Shown: in pieces, positions 61,629 to 64,000 of the stretch
Layout: every line of letters starts with the position of its first letter
Position numbering within the stretch: the stretch's first letter is position 1
DNA from: Saccharolobus solfataricus P2
Lineage (GTDB): Archaea > Thermoproteota > Thermoprotei_A > Sulfolobales > Sulfolobaceae
Length of the DNA stretch: 64,000 nucleotides
Strand: one strand, 5' to 3'
NCBI RefSeq assembly: GCF_000007005.1
Contig: NC_002754.1
Notes under the pieces: model-generated
What the model was told of the DNA's origin: nothing
The model's input: the letters and a program-made list of their open reading frames with translations, nothing else
Databases searched by the model: none
Position numbers and translations under genes: made by a program

Positions 61629-61902
61629 ATCTCCTTTGCCAATTACAAATTAGGCATGTTCTAATTAAAATCTTTGACCTCATTCTCCTTCTCTCAGTTA
61701 CTCCAATAATTAATGGTGTGTAGCACTTCCTACAAAACATTCGTTTGTACTTTAAAGGAATTTCGACCTTACCTTTTCTAGAATACATCTCAGCTAATTT
61801 TACATACTCTCTAGCTAACTCCAGATTACCACTCTTTGCAGTATTGTAAGCTAGCTCTATAAGCTCGATAATCCTCTTCTTAATCTGGTTTTTTCTTCTC
61901 AC
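61582..61902 (-). CDS. rnp4: RNase P protein subunit Rpp21
   Basis: Motifs KRMFCRKC and CLICNWQRRY. Confidence 0.92.
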   Translation of the reverse strand: MRRKNQIKKRIIELIELAYNTAKSGNLELAREYVKLAEMYSRKGKVEIPLKYKRMFCRKCYTPLIIGVTERRRMRSKILIRTCLICNWQRRYVLSGNKRSDKENES

Positions 61903-61923
61903 AATAACTAATAAATCCTCTTT

Positions 61924-62595
61924 ATGTTAAAATATTCTATGCATTTAAACATCATCTTATTGGAAGCCAGTTTAGAACTAGTTCCTAAAGAAATAGTTAA
62001 TCATCCGGCAGTTATTAAAAACGCCAAGAGGAGGAATAAAAAGCCGGAAGACACATTACTAGACATTTCCTTACACTATCATGCAATGAAGTATTTAGAA
62101 AATAGCCATAAAAGAGGTAGACCGGATATTTTACATCAAGCCTTGCTTGTAATTTTAACAGATCCAGTAATTAAAGGTGATATATTTATACATACAATAC
62201 AATCTAAGATAATTAAGGTAAATCCCAATATGAGGCCACCTAAAAATTATTTGAGATTTATAGGTTTAATGGAGCAATTATTGAAATACGGTAAAATACC
62301 TATTAATGGAGATGAGACTCTAATGGAGGTTACAAATCTTACATTAGACAACATTGTGAATAGATATGATTTAATACTATTATCAGAAAAGGGAGAGAAA
62401 ATTAATCCAGAAGAAATATGTAAATTAGATGAAAAATGGCTATTAGGAATAGGGGCTTTTCCTCATGGAGATTTTTCTGACAAAATTTTGAATTTGGCTA
62501 AGAAAATTTATTCTATAAGTGGATTTCCTCTGGAAACACAACAGGTTTTATGTAGAATCTTTTCTGCTTGTAATTCTATTTTAGGTTGGCCTTAG
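61924..62595 (+). CDS. nep1: 16S rRNA pseudouridine N1-methyltransferase Nep1/Emg1
   Basis: Motifs EASLELVP, GRPDILH, RPPKNYLRFIGLMEQL and IGAFPHG. Confidence 0.95.
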   Translation: MLKYSMHLNIILLEASLELVPKEIVNHPAVIKNAKRRNKKPEDTLLDISLHYHAMKYLENSHKRGRPDILHQALLVILTDPVIKGDIFIHTIQSKIIKVNPNMRPPKNYLRFIGLMEQLLKYGKIPINGDETLMEVTNLTLDNIVNRYDLILLSEKGEKINPEEICKLDEKWLLGIGAFPHGDFSDKILNLAKKIYSISGFPLETQQVLCRIFSACNSILGWP

Positions 62596-63151
62596 CCTTG
62601 ATAGTAACTATTCCACCTGGTACCACATCCACATCTTGTATCGATAAATCGTACGCCTCTGCGATTTTTGAGAAAATTTTTCCAGCACATAAGGTAGAGA
62701 TTAAACTAAATCCAGTTCCAGTTATTCTAAATTCTATCATATCTCCAGTATTTTTAATCGAGACATTTCTAATAGGTAGTGCAATCTTTATTGCATTATA
62801 AAAATCAAATAGCTCATCTAACGTTGAGGCTTTTGATCTCAAGAACGATCCTATTTGTTCTCCTACTTCTTCACACATATTTTCATATTGCTTATTGTCT
62901 TTTTCATAAGCCAATTTAGTTAAGTTCTCAAGAAACCAACTAGTTACCGGAACTATATCTAAGGCCTTTGATATTGTATAATAATCTACCAAACTTTCTA
63001 GCGTATTTGCATCCTCACCCTCCTTGAGTAGTTTCAACAAGGCTTTAAGGGCAGCGTTAGTTAAAGAATAGATAGTATAACCTCTCTTTTTCGCCTCATT
63101 TTCTAATTGCTCTATTAGGTCAGCTTCAGCTGCTATATTAACTCTTGGCAT
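62576..63151 (-). CDS. Hypothetical protein with N-terminal RHH-like domain
   Basis: MPRVNI...LENEAKKRGYTIYSL (RHH pattern) followed by an alpha/beta domain. Confidence 0.7.
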   Translation of the reverse strand: MPRVNIAAEADLIEQLENEAKKRGYTIYSLTNAALKALLKLLKEGEDANTLESLVDYYTISKALDIVPVTSWFLENLTKLAYEKDNKQYENMCEEVGEQIGSFLRSKASTLDELFDFYNAIKIALPIRNVSIKNTGDMIEFRITGTGFSLISTLCAGKIFSKIAEAYDLSIQDVDVVPGGIVTIKAKANLK

Positions 63152-63226
63152 ATCTGTCTATAGAGAGTTTGTAAAAAAGGCTATTTATATTTAGTCATGC
63201 TACCGCTTAAAGTTATTTTAAAAGGG

Positions 63227-63373
63227 TTATGAATGAGGTATGAAAGCAATTAAATCGAAAATTATGAACAGTATTAATAATACTATGAAGCCCCCTAAAT
63301 ACCAATTGTCATTAACAAATAATGCTCTAATTAAATCAGTCCAACTCCTTATCTCATTCTTCTTTTGACTCAA
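63227..63373 (-). CDS. Small single-TM protein, 48 aa
   Basis: TTG start after GGTGG; sequence MSQKKNEIRSWTDLIRALFVNDNWYLGGFIVLLILFIIFDLIAFIPHS. Confidence 0.45.
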   Translation of the reverse strand: MSQKKNEIRSWTDLIRALFVNDNWYLGGFIVLLILFIIFDLIAFIPHS

Positions 63374-63507
63374 GTAAGTCCACCATATTTATATTTAGGT
63401 TTTCCCATTTATAACTTTTGCTATAATTTATATGCGAAAGTTTATTTATAAAATAAACCATATTTACTAGGGAATAAGATATAAATCCACTAATTTTATA
63501 GCAAGTC

Positions 63508-63529
63508 TCAGTCTACATATGTAGGCTGA
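63508..63529. promoter_or_regulatory. Near-perfect 22-bp palindrome
   Basis: tcagtctaca-ta-tgtaggctga (one mismatch) in a divergent intergenic region. Confidence 0.4.
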
Positions 63530-63755
63530 CAATTAACGCACTTTCATGAAGATTCAACTGAAACCCAAATCCCCTTAAATATTTACAAAATGTAATTCCG
63601 AAAAGATAAGATAATCTTTGAAGGGAAAATTTAACTAGACATGTAGCTAATTGAAGCAAATTGTTTAGCCCGATAAACTATAAATACCTACATTATCTAA
63701 TAAATACTGTATAGGCTACTCTGTTCTCCTATAAGTTATGGTGTGGTGATGAGAG

Positions 63756-64000
63756 TTGATTTCAGGTAAAGTCCTAAGGAGAGTATCAATAATTTTTCTT
63801 TTCAGTAGTATTTCTTTAATTCCAATATTTCTGTCAGAATTAATTGCTGGAATACTATTTAAATCATATGTGTTAATGGCAGATTCTTATCATACATTAA
63901 TAGACTTTTTAATGTCATTTATTTTTTATTTCACATTAATAAAGATAAATACTAGATCTAAAAGATTTCCTTGGGGACTCTATAATCTTGAAAGTCTTGT
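63756..64000 (+). CDS. Cation diffusion facilitator (CDF) family transporter, 3' end outside the window
   Basis: TTG start after GGTGA; motifs LMADSYHTLID and FPWGLYNLE. Open to the window end. Confidence 0.8.
   Translation, partial: MISGKVLRRVSIIFLFSSISLIPIFLSELIAGILFKSYVLMADSYHTLIDFLMSFIFYFTLIKINTRSKRFPWGLYNLESL

Overview
AT-rich (roughly one-third GC) chromosomal window from a Sulfolobales crenarchaeon. Gene content and order look like Saccharolobus (Sulfolobus) solfataricus around cdc6-3; this is recognised from memory, not from a database search. Most of the window is dense housekeeping DNA: nadE plus nitrilase, malonyl-CoA reductase, isocitrate dehydrogenase, sedolisin and thermopsin proteases, NucS, TenA, CobT, acetyl-CoA synthetase, Nob1, NAD kinase, Rpp21 and Nep1. 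The replication origin oriC2 lies between idh and cdc6-3 (about 24550-24845). The top candidate for an undescribed system is a tightly coupled six-gene minus-strand operon at 34852-42740. It encodes a Zn-less TGT/DpdA-like transglycosylase, a DUF5591 (ArcS-like) protein, a HerA-family ATPase, a 1012-aa P-loop NTPase, a roughly 229-aa coiled-coil protein (frameshifted here) and a NurA-family nuclease. This could be a 7-deazaguanine DNA-modification/restriction-like system. Features missing from the ORF track include five box C/D sRNA candidates (two in tandem), an orphan TnpB-element right end (omega-RNA-like), a probable transposase-less IS110 non-coding end, a methyltransferase that appears to start at ATT, small membrane ORFs, a DsrE pseudogene and several palindromic operator-like sites. 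No tRNA, rRNA or CRISPR array was seen.
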